Assembly (NCBI GenBank): GCA_963666285.1
Contig: OY762711.1
Strand: one strand, 5' to 3'
DNA length: 64,000 nucleotides
From: Sedimentisphaerales bacterium
Lineage (GTDB): Bacteria; Planctomycetota; Phycisphaerae; Sedimentisphaerales; SM23-30
Shown: positions 42,401 to 51,723 of the stretch, one piece after another
How the letters are laid out: the number at the start of each line of letters is the position of its first letter
How positions within the stretch are numbered: position 1 is the stretch's first letter
Notes under the pieces: generated by a model
What the model was told of the DNA's origin: nothing
The model's database searches: none
What the model saw: only the letters and a program-made list of their open reading frames with translations
Made by a program: the position numbers and the translations under genes

Positions 42401-42835
42401 ACTCGTACCAATCATAAAAAAGCGACTGCCCTTACGCCAGAAGTAATCTCTGACTCCACTTATGATCATATTATCGGATGTCGGCCATTGCTCGATAGAA
42501 GCACCGGAAGTATGGAATGTTATTTGTTCGGCTAATCCACCATCCGCATCCATAATATATACCTGATTAACGCCGGTGCGGTTGGAAGAAAATGCAATTT
42601 TGCTGCCATCAGGAGAAAAAGATGCCCCATATTCAACAGCAGGATGGTTACTCAGGATCTTAATGGTACCACCTGATATTGGAACCGAACAAATATTTCC
42701 CTTCCAGGAAAAGATAACAGTTTTACCATCCGGTGAAACAGCCTGGCGTGAAGGTAAAAAGACTTGCTCACCATAGGCAGAATGGACATAAATACATAAA
42801 AAAACAGGGAGTAATACGAGAATTCTCTTAAGCAC
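39482..42835 (-). CDS. Tricorn-like S41 family protease (PD40 propellers, PDZ, S41 domain)
   Basis: Repeated SPDG/WSP units, GELNASH, GYVYI, IIDVRGNGGG, SFSNAEIF and TAGGVI. Confidence 0.92.
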   Translation of the reverse strand: MLKRILVLLPVFLCIYVHSAYGEQVFLPSRQAVSPDGKTVIFSWKGNICSVPISGGTIKILSNHPAVEYGASFSPDGSKIAFSSNRTGVNQVYIMDADGGLAEQITFHTSGASIEQWPTSDNMIISGVRDYFWRKGSRFFMIGTSPSFKEDLIFDAYGSTCRLSPDGTKILFVREGSRWYRQGYQGSQNGQIWTYDMNSGEFSLLLGHDGDYDYPEWGAEGKKIYYTASNDNSPENLWEYDLESGVQRQLTNFDDGSVIGVSASSDGSVIVFRQLFDLYRISPDRGSEPEKIQLLAPEADMPDEIVNLVTKGVAEADFVSDALEIAFVADRDIWVMDTELKEPVLVCNTPKKIEKNLIFNDKGSKLYFLSDDGVISNIYSANPQDPNSYWWQNESFIITQVTFGNDNITDFSISPDGKSIAYQIASNGLWVCDIEGNAPRKLIDNWTSVDYDWSPKSQYIAYAANDDDIRRNIWIAPVDGSEIPYNISRNPRDDHSPKWSPDGKYLAWVGTSFGDQVDIFYAPLQKDEADKTERDRTLEKAVKLMEDKRKKKDNGDNKDKKENNVESKEEKADEPKDENDKTDSAESEEKADKVEEKEDKEPEQEDKEIIDFDNLYKRVQQFKTNDKSESCPLWISDNKLIFNQRDGNSTKSYSVEFPDKLEFKKYSDNSISYSSKWLKKAKKISLLNGGKPAVLTGKDLTKYEFSVKTELNRKDWYELGFKTAWRYMRDGFYSSEIIEKVNWDSILEKYLDKAINSPDNATFGRVVNLMLGELNASHMGFTPASDDRWYSKDKWHDATAHLGARFDFSYPGPGLKIRDIIPDSPASLKQSELFPGDIITHIDGTEITGETEVYAILTGIQERDILLKVTGADNQTRDVTIRPYTYSQIQPLLKQFWVDNCKTAVNDKSNGKLGYVYIPRMMWNEFVDFEKEIFAEGNGKSGMIIDVRGNGGGFTTDHILTVLCQPAHAYIVPRGGAGQGYTSSRRVYNTWDKPIVVLCDQDSFSNAEIFSHAIKTLKRGKLIGVPTAGGVISTGSRDVVGLGSVRMPFIGWYPLSTELNMELNGAIPDYIVWPKPGDIPSGNDPQLNKAVEVLLEQVDIAEKNNHGKARPVFLLDK

Positions 42836-42954
42836 TATAAAGCTCCTAACAAAAAGGCATGAATTATACTGATTTTCAAGGTAAGAACTTCAGTATAAAC
42901 CAAGTCAGGAGCAAATGCAAATATTATAGTGTCAGATAATTATGCAGTTATGTG

Positions 42955-43338
42955 TTACTTGCCGGACAGGCAAAATGCCATATCAACTAAAATTGCAATA
43001 ATAGAAAAGAAGAATATAGCAAAGTAATTGATATTTTCCTTGGATTTTTCTATTGAACCAAGCAAATAGAGCATTGCATCTCTCTGTTCGCCAGTCAGAA
43101 ATGTATCCTGTCGAACGGTTTCGACTAGTCGATAATACCTGACAGCTCTACGTCTTTTACTTGATATATGAAAACGATATAAGAAAAATACAAAATAGCC
43201 AATAACCCCGGCATACCACATTGGCCTGACAAGTGAAGGTTCGCAAGTTTTAAGAATTGTAAGCGACCTGAAAGCTATGGTACAGAAAATACCGAGCGAA
43301 AAAATACTGTAGGTTTCAAGGCGACCGCTTGTCTTCAT
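42955..43338 (-). CDS. Hypothetical membrane protein
   Basis: Three hydrophobic segments. The start is uncertain (the ORF track extends to 43443). Confidence 0.55.
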   Translation of the reverse strand: MKTSGRLETYSIFSLGIFCTIAFRSLTILKTCEPSLVRPMWYAGVIGYFVFFLYRFHISSKRRRAVRYYRLVETVRQDTFLTGEQRDAMLYLLGSIEKSKENINYFAIFFFSIIAILVDMAFCLSGK

Positions 43339-43655
43339 TATAGAAGATTCCATTTTCATATTCCCTAAAAAAAAGTTTATAAAATACAAGTACAAAAACG
43401 TTGGAGAACAAAATTTACCACTAAAACATTTTATTATATTCACTTGTCATTTGTCATTCTATCGACTCAAATATATCCAAGTCAATAGCCTATTTTGCAG
43501 GTATTTTTGGTAAAGGAAGAAGTTGTGCGCATTGAAAATAATGTTGTTTTTCTTAAGCACAAATAGACCGAAATCAGGGGAAATATTTTTGAAAAAAGAT
43601 AGTTATAGGTCTGTTTTTTTTTATAGGGAGATCATGAAATAATCGATTAGCCTTA

Positions 43656-45620
43656 TTACTCTTCCAACTCAGCCAGCTCTTCACCGGCAATAGTCCAGAG
43701 ATCGAAGGTCTGTTCGAGCTCATTCTGGATATTATTCAGTTCTTCTGAATAGATACGCCCCTGCTCATGATTACCAGCGGTAAATGCCTCAGCTGCCAGA
43801 GCTTCTTTTTCCTGTTGAAGTGATTCAAGTTGAGCAATTTTATTTTCCAGGGTTTCGACGGTCTTTTTTGCTTTTCTGAGTTCGGCATTTTTTGCCTTTC
43901 GCTGAGCATGCTGCTGTGCACCGGATTTAGTTTTTTCCAGGGAATCAGTATCTCTCAATTTACCCCTGGAAGAAATACGTCCATCACCTGTATTTTCAGA
44001 GCGATACTTAGCTGTCATTTCCCAATAGGCGGTAAAATTAGCATGATATTCAAATATTTTACGATTGCGAACCTCAGCGACATGAGTAGCGACTTTATCA
44101 AGGAAATATCTATCATGCGAGACAACCAGTAAGGTGCCGTCAAACTGCGAAAGTGCTTCTTCTACTGCTTCGCAGGTATATATATCCAGGTGGTTTGTAG
44201 GTTCATCAAGAATCAGGAAGCTGGGTTGAGTATATAGCAATATTGCCAGCTGAAGCCGATTGCGTTCACCACCAGAAAGGTTTTTAATTTTTTTGTTCAC
44301 AGCTTCATCGGTAAACCTGAAACGAGCCAGAATATCAAATACTTCCTGCTCAGAAATGCCCGGTAAATTGTACAATTCTTCAAAAACGGTATTGTCACTG
44401 TTAAGGATCTCCTGCTGCTGTGAACAATATCCGACAGTTAAGGAAGGGCCAACTCTTATAGTTTCATTGTCCCATTTACCATAATTAACTATGTTTTTTA
44501 ACAAAGTTGTTTTACCACATCCATTTGGACCGACTAAAGCCCAGCGTTGACTGCCCTCCATCTGCCAGCGGGCACTCTCAAATAACACATTTTCGCCAAA
44601 AGCTTTGCTATAATTATTCACCTGTAGGGCAATATCACAACGAGTAGCATCACTATTAAAATTGATACTCATTTTATTGTTAACTTCAACAGGTTTATCA
44701 ACCTTTCTGGACATTTCTTTCTCAAGCTGACTTCTCCTGGCCCGCAAACGCTTACCCCAGGTATTGTCACTGGCATGGCCCTGGGCAATATCGGCAAATT
44801 TCTGGACAAGCTGTTTAAGATGGTCTACTCTCTGCTGCCAGGCTTTATGCTGTGCAGCCTGCGATTTAAGTTTCTCCTCTTTCTGTACGCGGAATGCCGA
44901 GTAATTCCCGGGATAAAAGTCAACTTTGCCATTTTCGAGTTCCAGAATACCATTTACGGCCCTGTCTAACAAATACCTGTTATGCGATACAATTATAACA
45001 GCTCCCCTAAATTTACAAATAAAGTCATCCAGCCAGGCGAGGCCCTGATAGTCCAGGTGGTTTCCCGGCTCATCCAGTATCAACAGATTGGGATCGGCAA
45101 GCAGAGCCCGAGTCATACATAATACATTTCTCTCGCCGCCAGAAAGCTGCCTGGCCGGCTGATCGCATTTATCATTTAATCCTAGCGCATTTACAAGCCC
45201 TTCCGCACGCTGCGGATAGTGATCACCTCCGATATGATCGAACTGATCACGGATTTTCTGATATTTAGCCATAGCATTACCATGCTCAGCTTCATCAGAT
45301 TGGGCCATTAATTGCTCAGCATCTCTAAGCTGTTTATTAAGATATTCATATTCCTCAAGCAGATATTCCAGTACCGTTCTATCGTCATCAATCTCTACAT
45401 GCTGAGGAACATAGCCAATCCGGACATCAGTACCAATCTGTACTTTACCGCTATCAGGCTGGATTATATTATTGATAATATTCAGAATGGTTGATTTGCC
45501 GGAACCATTTGCCCCGATTAAACCAATTTTATGATTGGCGTTGACCTCAAAACATGCGTTATCCAGAACAGTTTTGCCGGAAAATTCTTTGTTTATATTC
45601 TTAAATTCTAATATTGCCAT
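43656..45620 (-). CDS. ABC-F family ATPase with C-terminal coiled coil
   Basis: Two ABC cassettes (GANGSGKST/LSGGE/LDEPGNHLD and GPNGCGKTT/LSGGE/LDEPTNHLD), VSHDRYFL, no TM segments. Confidence 0.95.
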   Translation of the reverse strand: MAILEFKNINKEFSGKTVLDNACFEVNANHKIGLIGANGSGKSTILNIINNIIQPDSGKVQIGTDVRIGYVPQHVEIDDDRTVLEYLLEEYEYLNKQLRDAEQLMAQSDEAEHGNAMAKYQKIRDQFDHIGGDHYPQRAEGLVNALGLNDKCDQPARQLSGGERNVLCMTRALLADPNLLILDEPGNHLDYQGLAWLDDFICKFRGAVIIVSHNRYLLDRAVNGILELENGKVDFYPGNYSAFRVQKEEKLKSQAAQHKAWQQRVDHLKQLVQKFADIAQGHASDNTWGKRLRARRSQLEKEMSRKVDKPVEVNNKMSINFNSDATRCDIALQVNNYSKAFGENVLFESARWQMEGSQRWALVGPNGCGKTTLLKNIVNYGKWDNETIRVGPSLTVGYCSQQQEILNSDNTVFEELYNLPGISEQEVFDILARFRFTDEAVNKKIKNLSGGERNRLQLAILLYTQPSFLILDEPTNHLDIYTCEAVEEALSQFDGTLLVVSHDRYFLDKVATHVAEVRNRKIFEYHANFTAYWEMTAKYRSENTGDGRISSRGKLRDTDSLEKTKSGAQQHAQRKAKNAELRKAKKTVETLENKIAQLESLQQEKEALAAEAFTAGNHEQGRIYSEELNNIQNELEQTFDLWTIAGEELAELEE

Positions 45621-45638
45621 GATATGTAACTACGCTGC

Positions 45639-47072
45639 CTATTCTTCAATTAATGATGATATCTGCCTTGGATTAGTGTCAACAGGCTGTAACTCAATTA
45701 TTTTTTTACTAGAGGAGACACCAAGCTCATTAAAACGCCTGGCAGAAACTAATATCCTGCTCTCAAGAGAGCCAACAGACTTATTGTAAGCAGAAACAGC
45801 CCGATCAAGCCCTTTTCTCATTTCATCCAAATGGCCGGACATCTGACTGATGCGTTCATACAGCTGCTGGCCAAGTTCACATATTTTACGGGCATTCTCG
45901 GCTATTTGTTCTTGTCGCCAGCCATAGGCAACGGCTTTCAACATGGCAATAAGAGTGGTAGGAGTAGCAATAATGACATTCTGGCTGATGCCATATTCTA
46001 TTATTTCAGGGTCTCGCTCCAAAGCGGCACTAAAGAATGATTCGCCAGGAATAAACAGGACTACAAATTCAGGACTGCTGCCTAAATTATTCCAATAAGC
46101 TTTGCTGCCCAATAACTTAAAGTGTTCTCTAACTTGACGGGCATGGTCTTTCAGGAGAGACTCTCTGACAGAATGGTCTTCTGTTTCAATAGATTTCAGG
46201 TATGCTGAAAGAGGTACTTTAGAATCAACAGCAAGGCACTTACCGCCCGGCAGTTTGACTATCATATCAGGCCGTAACCTGTTACCTTCGTCATCATGAG
46301 TAGTGTACTGATTAACAAAATCACAATATTCCAGCATGCCGGCAAGTTCAGCTACGCGTTGCAGCTGCATTTCTCCCCAGCGTCCCCTGCCTTCTGGCCG
46401 GCGAAGAGCCTGAACAAGGTTGGTTGTTTCCAGATTTAATTTCTTTTGACCGTCGGCCAGCTCTTTAACCTGTTGTGACAGCCCGGCATAAGCCTGGGTC
46501 CTGGTTTTTTCGAGTTCTCGAAGATGCACGTCAACCTTAGATAATGTTTCCTTAACCGGGGTAATCATCTTATCGCCGGCCATTTCAACAAAAGACTTAT
46601 TATTTTCTTTTAAAGCTTCATTTGATAACGCTTTGAAAGTGTTAACCATTTCCTCCCTGGCAGACTGAACAAGCTTGATCTTTTCCTCAGCGTTTTTCTT
46701 CTCTTCTTGCGCCCTGGTAGATACTTCAGCAATTTTTTCCTTTAAACATGATAATTCAACCTGAGCATCACTTAATTGCTTTTGAAGAGTCTCAACCTGA
46801 GAACCAGTATTTTCGGCACTGCTGCGAAGTTCGATTTCCTTTTGTAACTTCTGGTTCAATTCAGATATTTGAGATTTAGAAGTATCAAGCTCAGCCATGA
46901 GTTCAGATATTCTGTTCTCTTTATCTGTTATACGCTGCAAATTGAAATCATCAGCAATTCTGGATTTTTCAGTTTCAGCCTGCCGGAGAACATTTATTTT
47001 TGTCCTGAAAATGAACCAGCTTACTAATAGGCCGGCACACAGGCCTGAAAACAAGTACAGTAATTCAGCCAT
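45639..47072 (-). CDS. rmuC: DNA recombination protein RmuC
   Basis: N-terminal TM and coiled coil, RGRWGEMQL, RPDMIVKLPG, VDSKVPL, PEFVVLFIPGE and ATPTTL. Confidence 0.95.
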   Translation of the reverse strand: MAELLYLFSGLCAGLLVSWFIFRTKINVLRQAETEKSRIADDFNLQRITDKENRISELMAELDTSKSQISELNQKLQKEIELRSSAENTGSQVETLQKQLSDAQVELSCLKEKIAEVSTRAQEEKKNAEEKIKLVQSAREEMVNTFKALSNEALKENNKSFVEMAGDKMITPVKETLSKVDVHLRELEKTRTQAYAGLSQQVKELADGQKKLNLETTNLVQALRRPEGRGRWGEMQLQRVAELAGMLEYCDFVNQYTTHDDEGNRLRPDMIVKLPGGKCLAVDSKVPLSAYLKSIETEDHSVRESLLKDHARQVREHFKLLGSKAYWNNLGSSPEFVVLFIPGESFFSAALERDPEIIEYGISQNVIIATPTTLIAMLKAVAYGWRQEQIAENARKICELGQQLYERISQMSGHLDEMRKGLDRAVSAYNKSVGSLESRILVSARRFNELGVSSSKKIIELQPVDTNPRQISSLIEE

Positions 47073-47283
47073 TTTCTCTATTCCATTGGTATATATATAT
47101 TTACAATCAACAATAAACCAATATTATAAAGCAATCAACTCAAAATCTCCACAAAAAATCGGGACTATAATAAAGAATAAAGATATCACAAAATCATTTG
47201 ACAGAATAATGCAAGTTGTTGATAATATGAACTTTAAGTGAATTTGATTATATATAAATATAATATTCAGACTGGAGTATGAA

Positions 47284-49029
47284 ATGTCATCACAAATATG
47301 CGGCCCGAATCAGGATAGTTTAACACCATATAAATCACGCCAATTTGTGCCGGGATGTGCAGATCTGACTTGCCCTGAAACGATAAAAGATCTCTACCAG
47401 AGATTAATAGATTGTAAGATTGACTCATCAGACGATCTTGAACGTTTCCTGCTAAACAGGTCCGAACTTTCTGCTTCGGTTGGCCAAACACATTCTCTTC
47501 TTCATGTAATGATGACATGTAAAACAGAAGATAAAACTACAGTCGAAGCATACCAGCATTTCACAGAAAAGGTTGTGCCGGTAATGAAACCTCTGGAAGA
47601 TAAGCTTGACAGGAAATACCTTGAAGCACGGGAAAGATTTCCAGACAAATACGGCCATTATGACCTGCATGACCTGCACCTGAAAACAGATATAGAGTTG
47701 TTTAGAGAAGAAAATATAGAATTGGGTACAAAAGAGTCGCTGCTGAGCCAGGAATACCAGCAAGTATGTGGTGCAATGACAGTAGAGTTTGAAGGTGAAG
47801 AGAAGACTTTGCCTATGATGCGTAAATATTTGCTTGAAAATGATCGCGATATTCGTGAAAAAGCCTGGCGAGCAGAATGGCAAAGAAGAATTCAGGATGC
47901 AGAAAAGCTTGATTCTATATTTGACCAGTTATTTGAAACCAGGAAACAAATCGCTCAAAATTGCGGTTTTGATAATTTCAGGGATTTTCGATATAAAGAA
48001 TGGTACAGATTTGATTATACACCTGACAATTGCCGGGAATTTCATGCCGCAGTTGAGAATCTGGTAGTTCCTATGGTACGTAAAGAACTGGAAGAGCGAA
48101 AGAAACAATTAGGGGTTGATAAACTGCGTCCATGGGATCTGGCTTGTGACCCGGAAGGACGCGCCCCACTAAAACCGTTCGATACCGCCGAAGAACTGAT
48201 AGGTGGATGCCTCCGCATATTTAATAAAGTCGATAAAGAGCTTGGCAATCAATTTGAAAGTATGGTTAAAGATGGCCTGCTCGACCTGGCTACCCGCAAA
48301 GGCAAAGCCCCCGGAGGCTACCAGGCAACTATGCTGGAAGCAAGAAAACCGTTCATATTTATGAATGCTGCCGGTACCAATAGTGATTTAACTACTTTGT
48401 TGCATGAGGGCGGACACGCTTTCCATATGTTTGCCAGCCGTCACCTTGACCCAATAAGTTACCGCCATGGGCCAATGGAATTCTGTGAGGTAGCATCTAT
48501 GTCAATGGAATTGCTAGCTCTGCCATATATAAGCGAATTCTATGGTCCTGCCGAGCAAAAGCGGGCTACAATAGACCATTTTCAACGAATATTAGAACTA
48601 TTATGCTGGATATCAACGGTTGATTGTTTCCAGCATGAACTTTATGAAAATCCCGGACTGGATATTGAAGGACGGCATAAAAAATGGCAGGAAGTCACCA
48701 GCAGATTTGGCGACGGAGGCTTGATCGACTGGGAAGGACTTGAACAAGAGAAAAAATATCAGTGGCATCGTCAGATACATGTATTCCAGTATCCACTATA
48801 TTATATGGAATACGGAATAGCACAGCTAGGCGCCCTGGGAATCTGGCTTCAAACCAAAAATGATCCAGGTATCGCATTGAAAAATTATAAAAATGCACTG
48901 AGTTTAGGCGGATCAAAATCATTAAAAGAGCTGTTTGAAGCAGCAGAATTAAAATTTGGTATGGGAGAAGAAACATTCAAGCCACTGATTGATGCTATTT
49001 CTAGTGAACTCGAAAAGCTGAATGATTAG
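47284..49029 (+). CDS. M3 family oligoendopeptidase (PepF-like)
   Basis: RKGKAPGGY, HEGGH zinc motif, EVASMSME and PLYYMEYGIAQLGA. Confidence 0.93.
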   Translation: MSSQICGPNQDSLTPYKSRQFVPGCADLTCPETIKDLYQRLIDCKIDSSDDLERFLLNRSELSASVGQTHSLLHVMMTCKTEDKTTVEAYQHFTEKVVPVMKPLEDKLDRKYLEARERFPDKYGHYDLHDLHLKTDIELFREENIELGTKESLLSQEYQQVCGAMTVEFEGEEKTLPMMRKYLLENDRDIREKAWRAEWQRRIQDAEKLDSIFDQLFETRKQIAQNCGFDNFRDFRYKEWYRFDYTPDNCREFHAAVENLVVPMVRKELEERKKQLGVDKLRPWDLACDPEGRAPLKPFDTAEELIGGCLRIFNKVDKELGNQFESMVKDGLLDLATRKGKAPGGYQATMLEARKPFIFMNAAGTNSDLTTLLHEGGHAFHMFASRHLDPISYRHGPMEFCEVASMSMELLALPYISEFYGPAEQKRATIDHFQRILELLCWISTVDCFQHELYENPGLDIEGRHKKWQEVTSRFGDGGLIDWEGLEQEKKYQWHRQIHVFQYPLYYMEYGIAQLGALGIWLQTKNDPGIALKNYKNALSLGGSKSLKELFEAAELKFGMGEETFKPLIDAISSELEKLND

Positions 49030-49638
49030 TTAAGCAGGTTCGAAGTCGAATTCCGCTTGAGTGTTTGAGCAGCTATCAACTTCCAGCAGCTCTTCCTCTT
49101 CATATTCGACTTCTTCAGCGATACGTGGCCTTGAGGCTTGCTGTTTTTCCAGTTTTTCAGCACGTTTCTGAACAACTTTTAGAATTTTACATATTTGCTT
49201 TGCCAGGGATTTACTTTTATGGCCCCCTTTGACGGATCTGCCATAATATATAGTAAGAGTAAAATCGAACTGATTCAGATCGTCAAGTAACAAAGTTATA
49301 TATATTTTTGTATATTCAGATTTTGAGGTAAAAAAGGAGTTAAAATAATATTTTATGCCGGAGGAAGGCGGCTTTGCAGAAGTTTCTTCCAACTCGAACT
49401 CAAGCAGCTGCCTGTAATCTATGACCTGTACCCCTTTGAACGCTCTTAGCAGGCATATCTTATTCTGTTTGGCATCAATAGCAAGAGCTGAAGAGTGATC
49501 ACAAGAAATCCACCAGTTTTTATCGAAATCAAAATCTGTTAATGAATCCAAAGCTGCATCAAGGTCAGGAAAATCCTTTCGCTTATCCTGCCAGATTGCA
49601 AAGACCAGCATAAAAAATGAAATTAGATATGCTATCAT
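49030..49638 (-). CDS. Hypothetical protein with N-terminal TM
   Basis: 202-aa ORF at the end of the ddl/ftsQ-like run; no recognised motif. Confidence 0.55.
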   Translation of the reverse strand: MIAYLISFFMLVFAIWQDKRKDFPDLDAALDSLTDFDFDKNWWISCDHSSALAIDAKQNKICLLRAFKGVQVIDYRQLLEFELEETSAKPPSSGIKYYFNSFFTSKSEYTKIYITLLLDDLNQFDFTLTIYYGRSVKGGHKSKSLAKQICKILKVVQKRAEKLEKQQASRPRIAEEVEYEEEELLEVDSCSNTQAEFDFEPA

Positions 49639-49649
49639 ATAAAAACCTT

Positions 49650-50546
49650 CTATTGATGATTACGCAACTCAATTCCAGAAGTATTTATATCCAAAGTGCC
49701 GTAATCTCTAAAATCACGGTATAATCTGGTTAGTTTGGTAGTAAAATCAGCTTCCCAATACGCCTTTTCACGCCCAACGGCAGCCCCCCAACGAATCTGG
49801 GTATCTTTATGTGTGTATAAATTAATGTGAGAAATGGATGGATCGTTACGCCCTTCAAAATTTGAAACATCAATAACAGCTAATTCTGTCCAGATAGCAT
49901 CAGAATTATTGGTTAAATTATTGTCAACAAACTGGATTTTTTTCAAAATATCCAAAGCAGCTAAAATGTCGGATTGTTTTACCTGCATACCGGGCTTTGG
50001 TAATGCCTGGCGACTACCTTTAATACATACCAAATGTCTGTCAATCGGAGCATAGGGAATTACAATACCTTCCGAATCAATATAATATATCTGGTCTCCT
50101 TTTATCATTTTTGCAACCGGGCATCTAAGCGAATAGTCAAATTGAATAATACCGCTATAGCATTTTCGTACAGAGTTGACAGACTCTACCCACGGATTGA
50201 CCGATATGGATTTATATGCTTTATTTACCAGATCGTCGTCTAATAAGAAGTCGTCAGAATTGATACCAGAAGATAAATTGATATCAGAAATAAGTTCAAG
50301 AGGAGCCCAAGTTGGCTTTTCACCTACAAATTCTAATTCAATACTAATACTTCGTTCTGCAGCAACATTTTTTACATAGCCTTCTAAATATCCCAAACCA
50401 ACAGCAATCCCGGTTAAGACAAATACTGAAGGAAGAAAAATAAAAAGGAACTTCCTCATCAATAAAAAGCGTGTGCCGGTAAACATAGCCTTTATACCGG
50501 CAAAATAATCATTTTTCTTTTTCTTTGTTTTCTTTTTTCTAGCCAT
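49650..50546 (-). CDS. FtsQ/DivIB-like bitopic membrane protein
   Basis: Basic N-terminus, single TM, POTRA-like NPWVESVNSVRK, R.PVA and YYIDSEGIVIP; located directly downstream of ddl as in dcw clusters. Confidence 0.7.
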   Translation of the reverse strand: MARKKKTKKKKNDYFAGIKAMFTGTRFLLMRKFLFIFLPSVFVLTGIAVGLGYLEGYVKNVAAERSISIELEFVGEKPTWAPLELISDINLSSGINSDDFLLDDDLVNKAYKSISVNPWVESVNSVRKCYSGIIQFDYSLRCPVAKMIKGDQIYYIDSEGIVIPYAPIDRHLVCIKGSRQALPKPGMQVKQSDILAALDILKKIQFVDNNLTNNSDAIWTELAVIDVSNFEGRNDPSISHINLYTHKDTQIRWGAAVGREKAYWEADFTTKLTRLYRDFRDYGTLDINTSGIELRNHQ

Positions 50547-50549
50547 AAA

Positions 50550-51521
50550 TTATATTATCGGCCGACCGGCAGCATTTTGTACAATTTTATCACATAATTC
50601 CGGCATAGAAATCCCAATTTTTTGTGCAGCCTTAGGAACAAGTGAGTGGTCTGTAAAACCAGGTAAAGTATTGACTTCCATTAATTCAGGCTCAGAACCA
50701 GATTCCATCATAAAATCGATACGAGTCAGATCTTTACAACCAAGCAATTGGTATGCCCTAAGAGCAGAGCTGCACATTGCATTTTTTGCATCCTCAGATA
50801 AATCAACATCATATTCATATCTGGTATCATCCCTCTGGTATTTTGCTTCATAATCATAAAAATCAACAGCCGGCAATATTTGAATAATTGGCAATACCTG
50901 GTCACAGACAATACCAACAGTGTATTCATTGCCAGAATTGAATTTTTCAGCAAGGCAATCGCCAAATCTATCAAAATATGTTTCCAAAATCGAGGTTAAT
51001 TCACTAATATCATTAACTTTATATACGCCAACGCTACTGCCGTCAGAAACAGGTTTTAATACAATAGGTAAGCCCATCTCTGAAATTAGCTTTTCAGCGG
51101 TTTCGGCAAAAGGCAATTGTGAATAATCGTCAGCAGGTAACAATTTTCCTTTTGTAACTGAGATTCCATTCTGCTCAAATAGCAATTTAGATGCCCATTT
51201 GTCCATTGCCAATGAACTTGCCTTGCTGCCACTGCCGACAAAAGGAATCTTTTTCTCTTCGAGTATTTTCTGCAACTGTCCATCTTCGCCAAAAACGCCA
51301 TGCAGTACTGGAAAAACGATATCGTAGTCATTTTTATCCAAGGCTGTCAGATTATCAGGAGAAATGTCAGCTGTAATAACCGTATGCCCGGCAGTAATTA
51401 AGGCATCAGCTACAGATTTACCGCTGGAAAGAGAAACTTCACGTTCATTACTGATACCACCAGCTAAAACAAGGATTTTAAGCGGATTTGACGTATGAAA
51501 TACTGACATTATTTCCTCCAT
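50550..51521 (-). CDS. ddl: D-alanine--D-alanine ligase
   Basis: GGISNEREVSLSSG, LHGVFGEDG, KPVSDGSSVG, FYDYEAKY and EVNTLPGFT. Confidence 0.96.
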   Translation of the reverse strand: MEEIMSVFHTSNPLKILVLAGGISNEREVSLSSGKSVADALITAGHTVITADISPDNLTALDKNDYDIVFPVLHGVFGEDGQLQKILEEKKIPFVGSGSKASSLAMDKWASKLLFEQNGISVTKGKLLPADDYSQLPFAETAEKLISEMGLPIVLKPVSDGSSVGVYKVNDISELTSILETYFDRFGDCLAEKFNSGNEYTVGIVCDQVLPIIQILPAVDFYDYEAKYQRDDTRYEYDVDLSEDAKNAMCSSALRAYQLLGCKDLTRIDFMMESGSEPELMEVNTLPGFTDHSLVPKAAQKIGISMPELCDKIVQNAAGRPII

Positions 51522-51723
51522 GAAATAATTGTGCGGTTACGCACTTTTGACTGTTCAACATTACACGCAAAGGCCGAAACAGGGCCTTGTTAATTAATAA
51601 TTTACATTTAATTGTATTTCTAAGCTTATTTCTAAAAAGTATATTTAATATGTTACAGGAAGGTCCTTTTAGGCGATTTTCGCAACATAAAAAACTGTGG
51701 AAGCAACTAATTACAAAAGATAA

